This document shows positions 13,252 through 27,022 of a DNA stretch of 64,000 nucleotides, one piece after another. Within the stretch, counting starts at the first letter, position 1, and every line of letters begins with the position of its first letter. Source of the DNA: Octopus vulgaris (lineage: Eukaryota); assembly GCA_951406725.2 (NCBI GenBank), contig OX597823.1, positions 90,582,001 to 90,646,000 on the forward strand, written 5' to 3'. The position numbers and the translations under genes are program-made. Under the pieces are notes generated by a model. That model did no database searches. It saw nothing but the letters and a program-made list of their open reading frames with translations, and was not told the DNA's origin.

Positions 13252-13637
13252 AGCAGTATTGCTCGGCGTTGCTCAGGTTTGTTTCAACCCGCTGGAATTG
13301 GAATTTTTGAAAAGTAAAAATTTTGCATTATGTAGCTTGTTATTCTCTTCAAGTGAACATTTTTCTGGTTGAAATACACCGAAAAGTGGCGACACAGCAG
13401 TGAAAAAATCGTAAAAAATAGGGATTTTCATAGAAAAAAGCACCTTTTTGATGTAAATAATTTTTGGTGTTAACATGGTCCGATTTGAATTTTATCTTCT
13501 ACAGAAGGAAGAGCAACCCTTCTATCATACTCTCAATTTTGGTCAACTTGTGCTGCAGGGTCTCGGAGGATATAGTGTTAGTTGAAGGCTACCAAACCTG
13601 GCGCACACAGACAACTTCAGCTTTATATAGAGAGAGA
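13250..13637 (-). mobile_element. Non-autonomous Helitron-like element
   Basis: Minus strand begins TC(TCTC)TATATAAAGC and ends with a degenerate GC-rich hairpin followed by CTAG. Inserted between A and T next to a (TA)n tract, without a TSD. Confidence 0.55.
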
Positions 13638-13802
13638 TAACACACACACATTAATACACATACATACACACACACACACACATCTATGTATGTATGGATG
13701 TATGTATGTATATATGTACATCTGTCCACTTCTTGCCATATTTTTATCCTTCACTTCCTACACACACACACACACTCTCACACACACAGACACACACACA
13801 CA

Positions 13803-13847
<45 letters not shown>

Positions 13848-14161
13848 TCTTAGCTTACAATTTTCTTTCAACAATTGACACTGTCATATATGTATATGTT
13901 TGCATGTCTATGTGTGTAAAGAGAAAGTGTGGTAATAGGCGGAGTAAAGCCTTTGAAGTGAGAGAGGGAAATCGTAAAATATTGAGTTTTTTCAAATTTT
14001 TGATTAAGTGGGGGTCAAATTGAAAGAAATTTATATGCCACGACCGAATCGAATCTACTTCGAAAAATCATAGGTAAATTCTAATTGAAGAAATTCTATA
14101 TTGTAGAATTGTATTAAAAAGGAACATGGGAACAGGCAGAGAAAATCTGCCTTTTATCATA

Positions 14162-14197
<36 letters not shown>

Positions 14198-14252
<55 letters not shown>

Positions 14253-14301
14253 CAGATAGATATTAGAGAGGCAGGCATAAAATGTTGAATATATATGTGT
14301 T

Positions 14302-14340
<39 letters not shown>

Positions 14341-14412
14341 CGACAGATAGACAGACAGATAGATGGATGGACGGAGAGACAGACAGATAGATGGATGGAC
14401 GGAGAGACAGAC

Positions 14413-14488
<76 letters not shown>
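14198..14488. repeat. (GATA)n tetranucleotide tracts
   Basis: Direct inspection; complementary (TCTA)n tracts at ~30100-30280 and ~52035-52170. Confidence 0.9.
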
Positions 14489-14489
<1 letters not shown>

Positions 14490-15440
14490 TAGGTATTGTT
14501 AACATAAAATGATTATGTTTATAAGAAATACACACACACACTCACACATACACACGAAGACATACAGCACACACATACACACACATATATACACACACAC
14601 ACACACATATAGAAACATAAATACATGCATAAATATATATAAATACATTGGCATATGCCAACACAAACACACAGCTACAGGGCATGTCCATAGAGAGTGT
14701 CTGGTGAAATAAATCTCAATAGACATAGAGGTCAGTTGCGACTAAAGCCAGCTTGAGAGCTAATGACTGGTGATGGACCAATACTGACTGCAATCACCAG
14801 AAGGCACTGATAGTGCTGATGGATCTGTAAAACACTAAACGACACTAGGACAAAACAAATAATGGTCATCTTCGAATAAACTTGATTCCATTTCTGGGTA
14901 AGAAAGATGTAACCTTCTCTGGCTGTTCATATTGTGCTGGCTCAACAGTGCAGGGGCAAAGAGAGGGGTTTTGTGAGGGCTCACTTTATTACAAGGGCAA
15001 TGAAAACAAGATTGGAGATGCAGTGAGTTAGGAAGGATGTTTTCTTTACTACCAAGTTATATAAGAAGACAGATGACAGGAACTTCGAAGTTTCAGCCTT
15101 CTAACCTTCTGGAATTTTGACGTTACTGTTGACTTTCTTGAATGGCCAAAGGTTTGCATACATACATATATACATATATAATAATAATAATAATTTGAGG
15201 GAATATTATTCCTAACTTACAGGGAAAAATTCAATTTAGAAATACTAAATCAAATTTCACAAGATATAATATATATATAAAAATTAGAAAAAAAACACCT
15301 TTTATCAATTCAAAATGAACAATTAAATTACACCATCTAGAAAATTACATATTTATATACATATACATACATATATATACATACAGATATATATATATAC
15401 ATACATATATATACATACAGATATATATATACACATACAG

Positions 15441-15472
<32 letters not shown>

Positions 15473-16200
15473 ACATACATGTACGTGTATCAAATACTGT
15501 TGCTGTCATCCATAACAATGTTCTTACTAACTTGATCTTACCATCGCTGCCAGTCTCAAAGAGGAGAAGGAGAAGGAGAGAGAGAGCGGGGGGGAAAGAT
15601 GAGAAGGAAAGACAGAAGGATAAGAGAGAATAGTCAGAGAGAGGCAAAGATGCCTTTGTATATTCTGTTTACTCTTTTCTCTTTTTCCTTTTAGAGTCAG
15701 CCATTATTCTTTATTCATTATTCTTCTTGTTGTTGTTGTGCTTTGTCGAATCCTCTCTCCCCCTTCTCTTTGTGTTATTATGCTTTGAACAATATTGAAC
15801 AGTATTGTATAGTATTGTATGTCTCGTATTATACAGTATTGTACAACATTGAATAAATGAAGAATTGGTTTGTCTTTTATTACGAGGAGAGGTAGCCATG
15901 AAAAATATTAGCGATTTTTGGAAGAAATTTCTCTGAAAGTGCAACATTAAAATGAACTGCTTCGAAAGTAATTAAAATGATTCATCTTATTTTGGCTTTA
16001 TTCTTTTCTTTTTATTTTGGTTTCTTTATGTTTTTTGTTTCTTTTTGTGTTTTTTTTTTGTTTCTGTTTTCTTACCTTTTATTGCTTGGCTGGTCCACAT
16101 CAATGGCAAACGTTTCTCTATTTGTCAGGATGTGCGTGTGTGTGCGCGCGTGTTTACGTGTGTGTTTTTATATACATACACATACATTTATCCATGTGTG

Positions 16201-16234
<34 letters not shown>

Positions 16235-16280
16235 CACAAATACACACACACACAGAAGTGTGAGTGTATACATGTGTGTC

Positions 16281-16328
<48 letters not shown>

Positions 16329-16336
16329 GAATCATA

Positions 16337-16388
<52 letters not shown>

Positions 16389-16541
16389 CACAGACTCACA
16401 GTTACCACACGTGTAAATGTATGTATACATATATGTCTGTGTGCATATATGTGTGTGTGTGTGTAAATATGTATATGTGCATGTGTGTATAGATTTAAAT
16501 GTACATATACATACATATATGTATGTATATTTGTATGTATC

Positions 16542-16592
<51 letters not shown>

Positions 16593-17531
16593 GTGTGTGT
16601 GCGCATACACAGCCACCACACATACAGATGTGTATATGTAAGTGTGTGCGCACGTACACACACATACACGCGTGTACACACAAAGTCATCAAGATAATAC
16701 ATTCCACAAACCAGCGTAATGAAGTACTAAATAACCAGAATTGATAGCCAATTCTGTTAGTTTATTGCAAACGAAAGGTTGACTTCTCTAAATTCAATTG
16801 CTCTTTCTCTCTCATTCCCATTTCATCAACATCATCATAATTATCATTATCCTTATCCTTATTATCATTATCATTATTATTATTACTATTATCATTATTA
16901 TTGTTGTCAGTATTGTTGTTGTTGTTATGGGTTTGGTAAAGGCGAAAATCAGTCGGTATTGTTCTGATATTATGAAGTGAATGGAGAACGTAAGACCTAA
17001 GTAAATAATAAGAACCAGACATCATTATATTCGAAAACTTTTAGGTTTCATTGAGTGGAACCGGTTGGTTAGAGTTAGAGATTCTTGCTTGATGCCGTAT
17101 TGTTCAGTACCAGCTTTGACGAACTAAGCGGACAGCAGTGATGGCGGAGAAGAAAATCGGTTGATGGATGCAGAGAAAGAGGAGACGAAGGGGAAGAATG
17201 GAGGAAAATGGAAGCAAAAAAAAACCAAAAAAAAACACTGGAGATAAAACATAACAACAGGTGCAAAAATAAGTGTGTATTGTATATGAAGGTATATATT
17301 TGTATATATGTATATGTATGTATGTGTGTGCATTTATGTGTGAATGTATGTATATGGGTGTGTATCTATATATGTTTACGCACATAGATGTATATATGTG
17401 TTTATGTGAGTGTATATGCATATATATATATATATACGCGTGTGTTCATATATCTAATGAATATCTAATTATTAAAGTGAAAAAAAAAAAGGACCAGAAA
17501 AATCAATTCTATTCATTTTTGCAAATATATG

Positions 17532-18789
17532 CAAGGTGCGTAAGATATTTGAGGATAGATTTATGTTTATAAAAAAAACAGATATATAATATCAGATAAT
17601 AACTTTATTAATCAAAAAATGCTATGAGGATAAAAATAAACCTTCTTTTCTATAATGTTATTCAATAAAGCCACCTTCAGCTTCAACAACTGCTTCTATG
17701 TAAGATCTAAATCATCTACATGCTCCAATCAAGTGGTCCTGGTTCATTTTGGACATTACTCTGACTATGGTAGCTTTCAAAGAATCTTTGGTGTTATGGA
17801 CATATTCATTGATCTCTCTCTCTCTCTCAACAACGCCCCACATGTAAGAGTCCAGTGGGATTAAGATCTGGGGAATTAGGAGGCCAAACGTTAGGGGATA
17901 TATGATCATGAAAATTTTCAGCCATCCATTCCTGTGTTACTAGAATCATGTGTGATAGTGCAGACTCTTACTGAAACACATATGGCCTTCCACTGCATAC
18001 CCTGTCTATCCAGGGCTTGACAATATCTACCAGGACCTCAATGTAGGTGGCAAAGTTAACTCTAAGGCCTTGTGGAAAGAAATAAGGAGGCATCACATGT
18101 CCTTTATTGCTGGTAACCCCTAAAACTGTGACAGTTTCAGGAAATTTTGTATGCATAACACTTGGAACTTCAGAAGGGTCTATACATAACCATCTGTCAT
18201 TTCTTCTGTTAACTTTTTGATCTTGGTCAAAGTTTTTCTCATTTGAGAAAACCCAAATCAAATCTTTTTCTAAGTTTAAGAGCCTTTTAGATCTGATGTA
18301 GTGATTTTCTTTTACTTTTTCTGACAAATTGACCTTTCCTCATCATATAAGACTTATATGTGATGACTTCATGGACAACATTTCTAACTGTTCATTCTGA
18401 AACATGGAGATCTTTTGCAATTGGCCTCATGGACTTTCTGGGATTGTAATCAATGGTCTGTTGAACTTTCTGGATAAATTCAAGTGTTCTGATGATTTCA
18501 GAGCATTTAGAATGCTTTTTATGCTTTGATACTGGTGATATGTTTCCATCCTCAGCCTCTAGCTCCTTACGAACATTGTAGACAAAAGATCTGGCAACTT
18601 TTAAAAATCAAGATATTTCTTAATCACTATGCTCAGCCTCTATAACCACAATAACGGTATGCCTCCTCATTTCTTGAATAAGCTGAGGGTCTGCCATTAT
18701 CATTTTCTGAAACAAGGATTATACAGAGTTACCAAAAAATGCAGCAATGACCCCAAAAAGGTATTTCCTCAAATACCTTATGCACCCTG
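17532..18789 (-). mobile_element. Decayed maT/DD37D (Tc1/mariner superfamily) transposon, ~1.26 kb
   Basis: Imperfect TIRs CAAGGTGCGTAAGATATTTGAGGA and, as reverse complement, CAGGGTGCATAAGGTATTTGAGGA. Minus-strand pseudo-ORF: FSNEKNF...NRRNDRW...FQ*ESALSH...WPPNSPDLNP/LDSYMW, with 37 residues between the second and third catalytic positions. Contains stops and a frameshift. Confidence 0.85.
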
Positions 18790-19903
18790 TATATATATGT
18801 ATATACATATTGTGTGTGCATATGTGTACATATATATGTGTGTGTGTGTGTTTATGGATATATATATATATATATATAAAAAAGCATATACATGTGCACT
18901 TATATGTGTATATGTATATATGTATGTGTGTTTATACATGTGTATATACATATTGTGTGGGCATGTATGTGTACATGTATATATATACATATATATATAT
19001 ATAAATACATGTGCATTTATATATATATATATAAATACATGTGCATTTATATATATATATAAATACATGTGCATTTATATATGTATATATGTGAGTATAT
19101 AAATGTGTGTGCATACATGTTTGTGTATATATATGCATATGTGTGTATATGTAGAGAGAAATAGATACAGATAGGAAATATGCATACATCTACATAGATA
19201 TATTAATAAGAAGGTATATCAACAGACATACTGTGGGGTAGCTGCAAGAGATAATTTCATCAATGTAATTTCATTGGTCTATTTTAGAGTCACATGATCT
19301 CATCAAATCAAGATTTTTGTAGAACACAAGACAATATTTACAGCAGCAGTGTATACAATTCCAAAAGACAACAATATTTACCATTTATTGTTTGTGGAAA
19401 TGTCTAATTAATTTCACTGATGTTTGCAAAGTCATCACCGATACTTTTCATTTGTTTGTACGCAACATAATGCTTAGAAGATTTTATGTGGAATTCAAAA
19501 AGCATTTGGCAAAGTATCGTAGATCTGATGGAAATCTATTGAAGCGTGAAATTTCAATGGTCTACTTCCTGATTATAGGTTTTCATTATTTCAGGAATTT
19601 TTACTGCAAACATTGTTCATAGAAAGAGTAAACACAATGTGAACTGCGCAAGTGGACACACAGCCATTGACATATTGGTGCCAATATTGGCAGCATGGTA
19701 AGTTCCTTTTACATTTGCATGGTTTTCAGTTCAGTCTTACATGGCAGCACCTTAAGCAAGTGTTGTGGACTATAACCCTGTCCCCTGTCATGCTCCCCAT
19801 CATCCTGTCCTTTTGCTTACTACCGTTCCCTCATCCCTCTGCCTAAAAGCATCACACATGCTCCCTTTTATTCTCCTTTACTTACTAGGGGGTCATTTTA
19901 GAT

Positions 19904-20216
19904 CAGTGTTTCTCAACCCTTTTCATATCTGGGCCAGATTGAAAACCTGGATTATTTTAGGGGACCACACCAAAAAATGTAAAACACAAGTGAATTACAG
20001 AAAAACCTTTTATACAGGGTGTCCACAAAGTCTGGGTACACGAAGTAAATAAAATCATAACAAACAAATATAAGAAATAATAATTTCTTAAAGTATGTGT
20101 TAATGCCCATGTACCCAGACTTTGGGGACACCCTGTATAGGGAACACTGTTAGGGGCTGCTGGAAGGATGCTTGAGGGCTACATGCAGCCCGGGGAGCTG
20201 CAGTTGAGAACTGCTG
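19904..20216. mobile_element. Old hAT/Charlie-like MITE hosting the 121-bp MITE
   Basis: Termini CAGTGTTTCTCAAC and GTTGAGAACTGCTG; no recognisable TSD. Confidence 0.5.
20015..20135. mobile_element. 121-bp Tc1/mariner-type MITE
   Basis: 26-bp TIRs CAGGGTGTCC(A/C)CAAAGTCTGGGTACA with TA on both sides. Confidence 0.85.
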
Positions 20217-20916
20217 TCTTCGGCCCTTGGTCTTGCAAGCTACAAGACAATCCTCACTTGTGCTGGTGCCATAGAAAGGGCATCCAGTGTACTATGGATA
20301 AGAGTTAGTGTTAGGAAGAGCACCCAGCTGTAAGAGAACCATGCCAAAGTTGAGATTGGAACTCAAATGTAGTTTTTAGGCTCATTCAATCCTGCGGAAC
20401 TGTCCAGGCCAAGGCAACATGAAAGACAAACGTTAAATGATGATGACGACGATGATGATGACTGCATCTTCAGTTGCTGGCTTCAGTTACTGAACTGCAA
20501 CCATTCCCCAGCACTATCTTGATATGTAACAAGTGCACACACACACACACTGTTACTTTGCATTTTTCAATTTTTTTTATTGAATATTTTTCTTTAATTG
20601 TCTCAGAATAACGAAGGCAGGTGGCCTAGTGGTTAATGTCGTAATCATGATCACCAGATCATGGTTTCAATTCTAGGGCTAGTCAGCAAGTAGTGGTTTC
20701 CAGTAAACACACACACACACACACACACACGAGTGTGTGTTGGTGTGTTCACATCCCCCATTACTTAATGGTTCAGCATAAGAGGCTGGCAGAATAAATA
20801 TCAGGTTTAACAAAACTGATATTGGGGTTGATTTGTTCAAGTAAAATTCTTCAAGGCAATACCCCAGCATGGCCACAGTCTATTGACTCAAACAAAAATA
20901 AAAGAATATATATATA

Positions 20917-22073
20917 TGATAGAAGAATGGTTGGTGAGAGCTGTGCAAGCTATGTACAGAGACGCTGCTAGTAAGGTGAGGGTTGGCAACGAGTACAGTG
21001 AAGAATTCCGGGTAGAGGTTGGGGTCCACCAAGGTTCAGTCCTCAGTCCCCTCCTATTTATCATAGTCCTCCAGGCAATAACGGAGGAATTCAAGACAGG
21101 TTGCCCCTGGGAGCTCCTCTATGCTGACGACCTTGCTCTAATTGCTGAGTCACTATCAGAACTGGAGGAGAAGTTTCAGGTGTGGAAACAAGGATTAGAA
21201 TCGAAGGGCCTTAGAATCAACCTAGCCAAAACCAAAGTCCTAATAAGTAGGAAGGTAGATCAATCACAAACGCCTTCAGGTAGATGGCCCTGCTCGATCT
21301 GTAAAAAAGGTGTAGGTAGAAACTCTATAAGATGCACCAAGTGTAAGCTATGGACACATAAGAGGTGCAGCAATGTCAAAGGAAGGCTAACTAGGAAAAT
21401 AGTTTTTGTCTGTGGCAAATGCTCAGGAGCAATAAACACTGGAAATGTGCAGAGACCAACTTCTGCCACGTTCCAGGGAGACAAACTAGAAGTAGCTGAT
21501 AGCTTCCGCTACCTAGGAGACCAAGTCAGTAGCGGGGGTGGGTGTGCTGAAAGTGTAACTGCTAGAGTAAGAATAGCCTGGGCAAAGTTTAGAGAGCTCT
21601 TACCCCTGCTGGTGACAAAAGGCCTCTCGCTCAGAGTAAAAGGCAGACTGTATGATGCATGTGTACGTACAGCCATGCTACATGGTAGTGAAACATGGGC
21701 CGTGACTGCTGAGGATATGCGTAAGCTCGCAAGAAATGAAGCCAGTATGCTCCGATGGATGTGTAATGTCAGTGTTCATAATCGTCAGAGTGTAAGTTCC
21801 TTGAGAGAAAAGTTGAACCTAAGAAGCGTCAGTTGTGGTGTGCAAGAGAGACGGCTGCGCTGGTATGGTCATGTGACGAGAAAGGCTGAAGATAGTTGTG
21901 TGCAAAAGTGCTACACCCTAGCAGTTGAGGGAACCTGTGGAAGAGGTAGACCCAGGAAAACCTGGGACGAGGTGGTGAAGCACGACCTTCGAACTTTAGG
22001 TCTCACTAAGGAAATGTCTAGAGACCGAGACCTATGGAAGTATGCTGTGCATGAGAAGACCCGGCAAGACTAG
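20917..22073 (+). CDS. Reverse transcriptase C-terminal half (RTE-like ORF, 5'-truncated) with inserted PHD finger
   Basis: GVHQGSVLSPLLF, LLYADDLAL, GLRINLAKTK, FRYLG, LHGSETW, RRLRWYGHV and GRGRPRKTW motifs, with no stop or frameshift. The first ~11 codons of the ORF-track entry (from 20883) come from flanking SINE/TA sequence. Confidence 0.9.
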
Positions 22074-24360
22074 TCAGGCCATAACCCGTGGCCCCTACCT
22101 GGGACGTAGTCAGTCCTCCTGTGCATACCTTCCTTCTTGTGACACTTATGAAGACCTGTTGAGGCAAGTGAAAATCAAATCAAATCAAAACAAATCAAAA
22201 TAGATGAACATCAGTGGAATTGTATTCTTTGTGGTACCAGTGCCGGTGGCACACAAGAAAACCACCCAAACGTGGCTGTAGCCAGTACCGCATCGACTGG
22301 CCTCCGTGCTGTGGGCACAACAAACACCATCCGATCGTGGCCGTTCGCCAGCCTCATCTGGCACCTGTGTCGGTGACACATAAAGACACCATCCGAAGAC
22401 CCGGCGACGTAGTCAGTCCACCTGTGCATACCTTCCCTCTTATGACACTTGTGAAGACCTGTTGAGGCAAGTGTGTGACACTTGTGAAGACCTGTTGAGG
22501 CAGAGGCAAGTGTGTGACACTTGTGGAGACCTGTTGAGGCAAGTGTGTGACCCTTGTGAAGACCTGTTGAGGCAAGTGAAAATCAAAAATCAAATCAAAC
22601 CAAATCAAAATAGATGAACATCAATGGAATTTGTATCTTTGTGGTTCCAGTACCGGTGGCACACAAGAAAACCATCCGAACGTGGCCGTAGCCAGTACCG
22701 CATCGACTGGCCTCCGTGCTGTGGGCACAACAAACACCATCTGATCGTGGCCGTTCGCCAGCCTCATCTGGCACCTGTGTCGGTGGCACATAAAAACACC
22801 ATCCGAAGACCCGGCGACGTAGTCAGTCCACCTGTGCATACCTTCCCTCTTATGACACTTGTGAAGACCTGTTGAGGCAAGTGTGTGACACTTGTGAAGA
22901 CCTGTTGAGGCAGAGGCAAGTGTGTGACACTTTGTGAAGACCTGTTGAGGCAGAGGCAAGTGTGTGACACTTGTGGAGACGTGTTGAGGCAAGTGTGTGA
23001 CACGTGTGACACTTGTGAAGACAAGTTGAGGCAAGTGAAAATCAAACCAAACTTGTGAAGACCTGTTGAGGCACGTGAAAATCAAACCAAATCAAAATAG
23101 ATGAACATCAATGGAATTTGTATCTTTGTGGTTCCAGTACCGGTGGCACACAAGAAAACCATCCGATCGTGGCCGTTCGCCAGCCTCATCTGGCACCTGT
23201 GTCGGTGGCACATAAAAACACCATCCGAAGACCCGGCGACGTAGTCAGTCCACCTGTGCATACCTTCCTACTTATGACACTTGTGAAGACCTGTTGAGGC
23301 AAGTGAAAATCAAAATCAAATCAAATCAAATCAAACCAAATCAAAATAGATGAACATCAATGGAATTTGTATCTTTGTGGTACCAGTACCGGTGGCACAC
23401 AAGAAAACCATCCGAACGTGGCCGTAGCCAGTACCGCATCGACTGGCCTCTGTGATGTGGGCACATAACAAACACCATCCGATCGTGGCCGTCCGCTAGC
23501 CTCATCTGGCACCTGTGTCGGTGGCACATAAAAACACCAACCGAAGACCCGGCAAGACTAGTCAGGCCATAACCCATGGCCCCTACTTGGGACGTAGTCA
23601 GTCCACCTGTGCATACCTTCCTTCCTTCTTGTGACACTTGTGAAGACCTGTGAAGACCTGTTGAGGCAAGTGAAAATCAAATCAAATCAAATCAAAATAG
23701 ATGAACATCAATGGAATTTGTATCTTGTGGTACCAGTGCCGGTGGCACACAAGAAAACCATCCGAACGTGGCCGTAGCCAGTACCGCATCGACTGGCCTC
23801 CGTGCTGTGGGCACGCAACAAACACCATCCGATCGTGGCCGTTCACCAGCCTCATTTGGCACCTGTGTCGGTGGCACATAAAAACACCATCCGAAGACCC
23901 GGCAAGACTAGTCAGGCCATAACCCGTGGCCCCTACCTGGGACGTAGTCAGTCCACCTGTGCATACCTTCCTTCTTGTGACACTTGTGAAGACCTGTTGA
24001 GGCAAGTGAAAATCAAATCAAATCAAATCAAAACAAATCAAAATAGATGAACATCAATGGAATTTGTATCTTTGTGGTACCAGTGCCGGTGGCACACAAG
24101 AAAATCATCCGAATGTGGCCGTAGCCAGTACCGCATAGACTGGCCTCCGTGCTTTGGGGACGTAACAAACACCATCCGATCGTGGCCGTCCGCCAGCCTC
24201 ATCTGGCACCTGTGTCGGTGGCACATAAAAACACCATCCGAGCGTGGCCGTCTGCCAGCCTCGTCTGGCACCTGTGTCGGTGGCACATAAAAACACCATC
24301 CGAGCGTGGCCGTTCGCCAGCCTCGTCTGGCACCTGTGTCGGTGGCACATAAAATCACCC
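22055..24360 (+). repeat. Tandem array of six LINE 3'-UTR units with nested ~31-37-bp and ~58-bp sub-repeats
   Basis: Units begin GAAGACCCGGC at 22055, 22395, 22805, 23227, 23543 and 23893; the first five are 316-422 bp. Confidence 0.9.
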
Positions 24361-25679
24361 ACTACACTCTCGGAGTGGTTGGCGTTAGGAAGGGCATCCA
24401 GCTGTAGAAACACTGCCAGATCTGACTGGCCTGGTGCAGCCTTCGGGCTCCCCAGACCCCAGTTGAACCGTCCAACCCATGCTAGCATGGAAAACGGACG
24501 CTAAATGATGATGATGATGATGATGATATATATAAATATATTGGTAGAATGTGATTACAAAGTATAGACTGTGCAGGTGTCATACCAGAATTCCTACATA
24601 CCAAAAAGATAAACAATTCCATTTTTTGAAGAACTCCCAGCCAAATCGCAGTGTAATCAAATAAAAATCTATGCTGGAACATTCTAACCAAAGCAAGAAT
24701 TGTACAACAGAAGAACTGAAAACCTCTGCTGCCAAAGGATAAACTAGTTTGGTCTTTTAGCCAAACAAAGCAGCTTTATTAAGAAACCTTTGTATTCCAT
24801 TAATCGCTTCCAATTCTTCATTTCTGTCTGTTTATTCATTGTTATTCTTTAGTTTTGCTTCTTTTTTTCTCTCAATTCAAAATCGGATCTATGTATGTAA
24901 AGCAGTACCGATATTGGTATCTTTCTATAATGGTGTATGTCTACTGAAAATATATTAATAGAGCGTTTGTAGCCATGTAGTGTTTATTTATACTGTATCG
25001 GATAATAATAATAATAATCATAATAATAATCATAATAATTATTATTATTTGTTTTTGTTCCACCCTATCTCCCTAGTTCTTGTTTTTATTAATTCTTGTT
25101 GTTGTATTTGTTGCTGCCGTTGTTCTTGCAGGCAGATTTTGAAACTGGTTTGATCCAACAATGGCCAAAGCTTATTTGATCATCATCATCTTCAGCATCA
25201 TTACTGCTATCATCATCATCACTATCATCACAATCATCCCCATTGCCATCACGACTCATCACCACCGCCATCATCATCTTCATCCCCACCGTCATTGCTA
25301 CCCTTTGTCGTCATCATCGCCATTTCAGATTCCAATGATGTGATTCTACCATTTTAGAATGGCATCATATGATAAGTATAAAAGACTAGATTTGGCTAAT
25401 CTTGACATAAAACAGGTAGAATATTTGGGATGGATTTGGCTGGCTTAAATGCTACTACACCTTTTATACTTCAGAAAAGAAGAAATTGCAGTTGTGGTGG
25501 TCACGAAGAAGAAGGCCTTTATACAGAAGACTGGTGGTGCCAGAAATTGGCGCACTGAATGATCTAGCTATATGAACTGTGAAAATAAGAATATATTTTA
25601 TCATTATTATTATTAATAATGATAATATAATAATGATGATGATGATGATTATTATTATTTCAGAATTTGGCATAAGCCA

Positions 25680-25731
<52 letters not shown>

Positions 25732-26347
25732 TGTAATAATAATAATAATAAGTATATTCTGAAAAAATATGAAAAATATAAATGGCGATTTTAAATGTAA
25801 ATTCTCATTGTTCATTAACTTAAAATAAAAGAAAGGAAAGGAAAGAGGGCAAGTTTGTAGCATTGAAGAATGAATGGGGATGTTCCTTTCTCAAATATGT
25901 CCAAACATACAGCGCCAAAAAAACCTCAAGCTCATGTTTCCATATTGATAAACCATGCTTTGTTAGTTGAATAAAGTTACTAGCGCATAATAATTTCTTT
26001 TGAGTTTAGACTTATTTACATTTATAAGCTAAAGATATAAATACCAATTTTAAATACTTCAGTGTGTGTTTTTTTTGTCTTTGACTTTATGCCCAGAGGT
26101 GTGCCAGAATACTTTTATTTGGTTTAAAGTGCATTGCAGGGGCAATGAAAGTCTTAGAACTCCCTGCTCCCCACCTCCTGCATTAGACAGATTCTATTTT
26201 TAATGAATGGTACTTGGGAGGTCTTTAAGCCATTATTTATTATTACATGTGGAACTTTGACCCTTTTGTTACCATATTTCTGTTGAAATACTCTGCAGTT
26301 CTTTCAGTTTTGTCTGATGAGATTAAACTTCTACCTACTTACTGCCC

Positions 26348-26380
<33 letters not shown>

Positions 26381-26708
26381 TAATAATAATAATAATGATA
26401 ATAATAATAATAATAATAATTATAATAATTGCTTTAAGCTGTGACACAAGGCCAGCAATTTTAGGAGGTGGGTCGTTAGTTAATTACATTAACTCCAGGA
26501 TACAACTCATATTTTATTTTATTGATCTTGAAATGATAAAAGGCAAAATTGACCTCGACAAGATTTGAACTCAAAAGGAAAGAACTGGAAGGGAAGCTGT
26601 TAAGTATTTTGTCTGACATACTAACAATTCAGCCAGTTCACCATTTCTTAAAAAAATTGATACATTATTTACATTTGACGGATATTTGTCCTCATCTTGT
26701 TTGTTGTT

Positions 26709-26754
26709 AACACAACGTTTCAGATGATATACCCTCCAGCCTTCATCAGGTGTC
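26709..26754 (-). ncRNA. Minimal type I hammerhead ribozyme motif (Penelope/retrozyme type)
   Basis: GACAC-CUGAUGA-A-GGCUG(gaggguauau)CAUCU-GAAAC-GUU-GUGUU. Core intact, stem I GACAC/GUGUU, palindromic loopless stem III, stem II weakened. Confidence 0.75.
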
Positions 26755-26964
26755 TTGGGAGAAATTTTGAACCTGGGTTCTCACTCCTAAGGTATTTTTC
26801 AATGTTATTATTATCATCATCATTATTATCATTATTATTATTATTATTAATATTATTATTATTCAAGTCACTGCCTGGAATCAAATACGGAATCTTGGGG
26901 TTAGTAGCTACTAACCCCAAGATTCTGTGTTCGATTCCAGGCAGTGATCTGAATAAAAATAATA

Positions 26965-27022
<58 letters not shown>

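Larger units (their letters stand above)
20917..24527 (+). mobile_element. 5'-truncated RTE-type non-LTR retrotransposon with tandemly amplified 3' UTR and (GAT)n tail
   Basis: RT and C-terminal coding region 20917-22073; repeated 3' UTR 22055-24360; terminal CCAACCCATGCTAGCATGGAAAACGGACGCTAAA(TGA)n. Short (TA)n runs flank both ends. Confidence 0.88.

Noticed and set aside
16762-17270. Complex CpG-containing island as a possible exon
   Set aside because: Only short ORFs running into microsatellites; no recognisable protein or supported splice sites.
22445-23080. CRISPR-like look of 31-37-bp repeats
   Set aside because: Head-to-tail repeats without unique spacers, no cas genes, eukaryotic context; part of the LINE 3' UTR.
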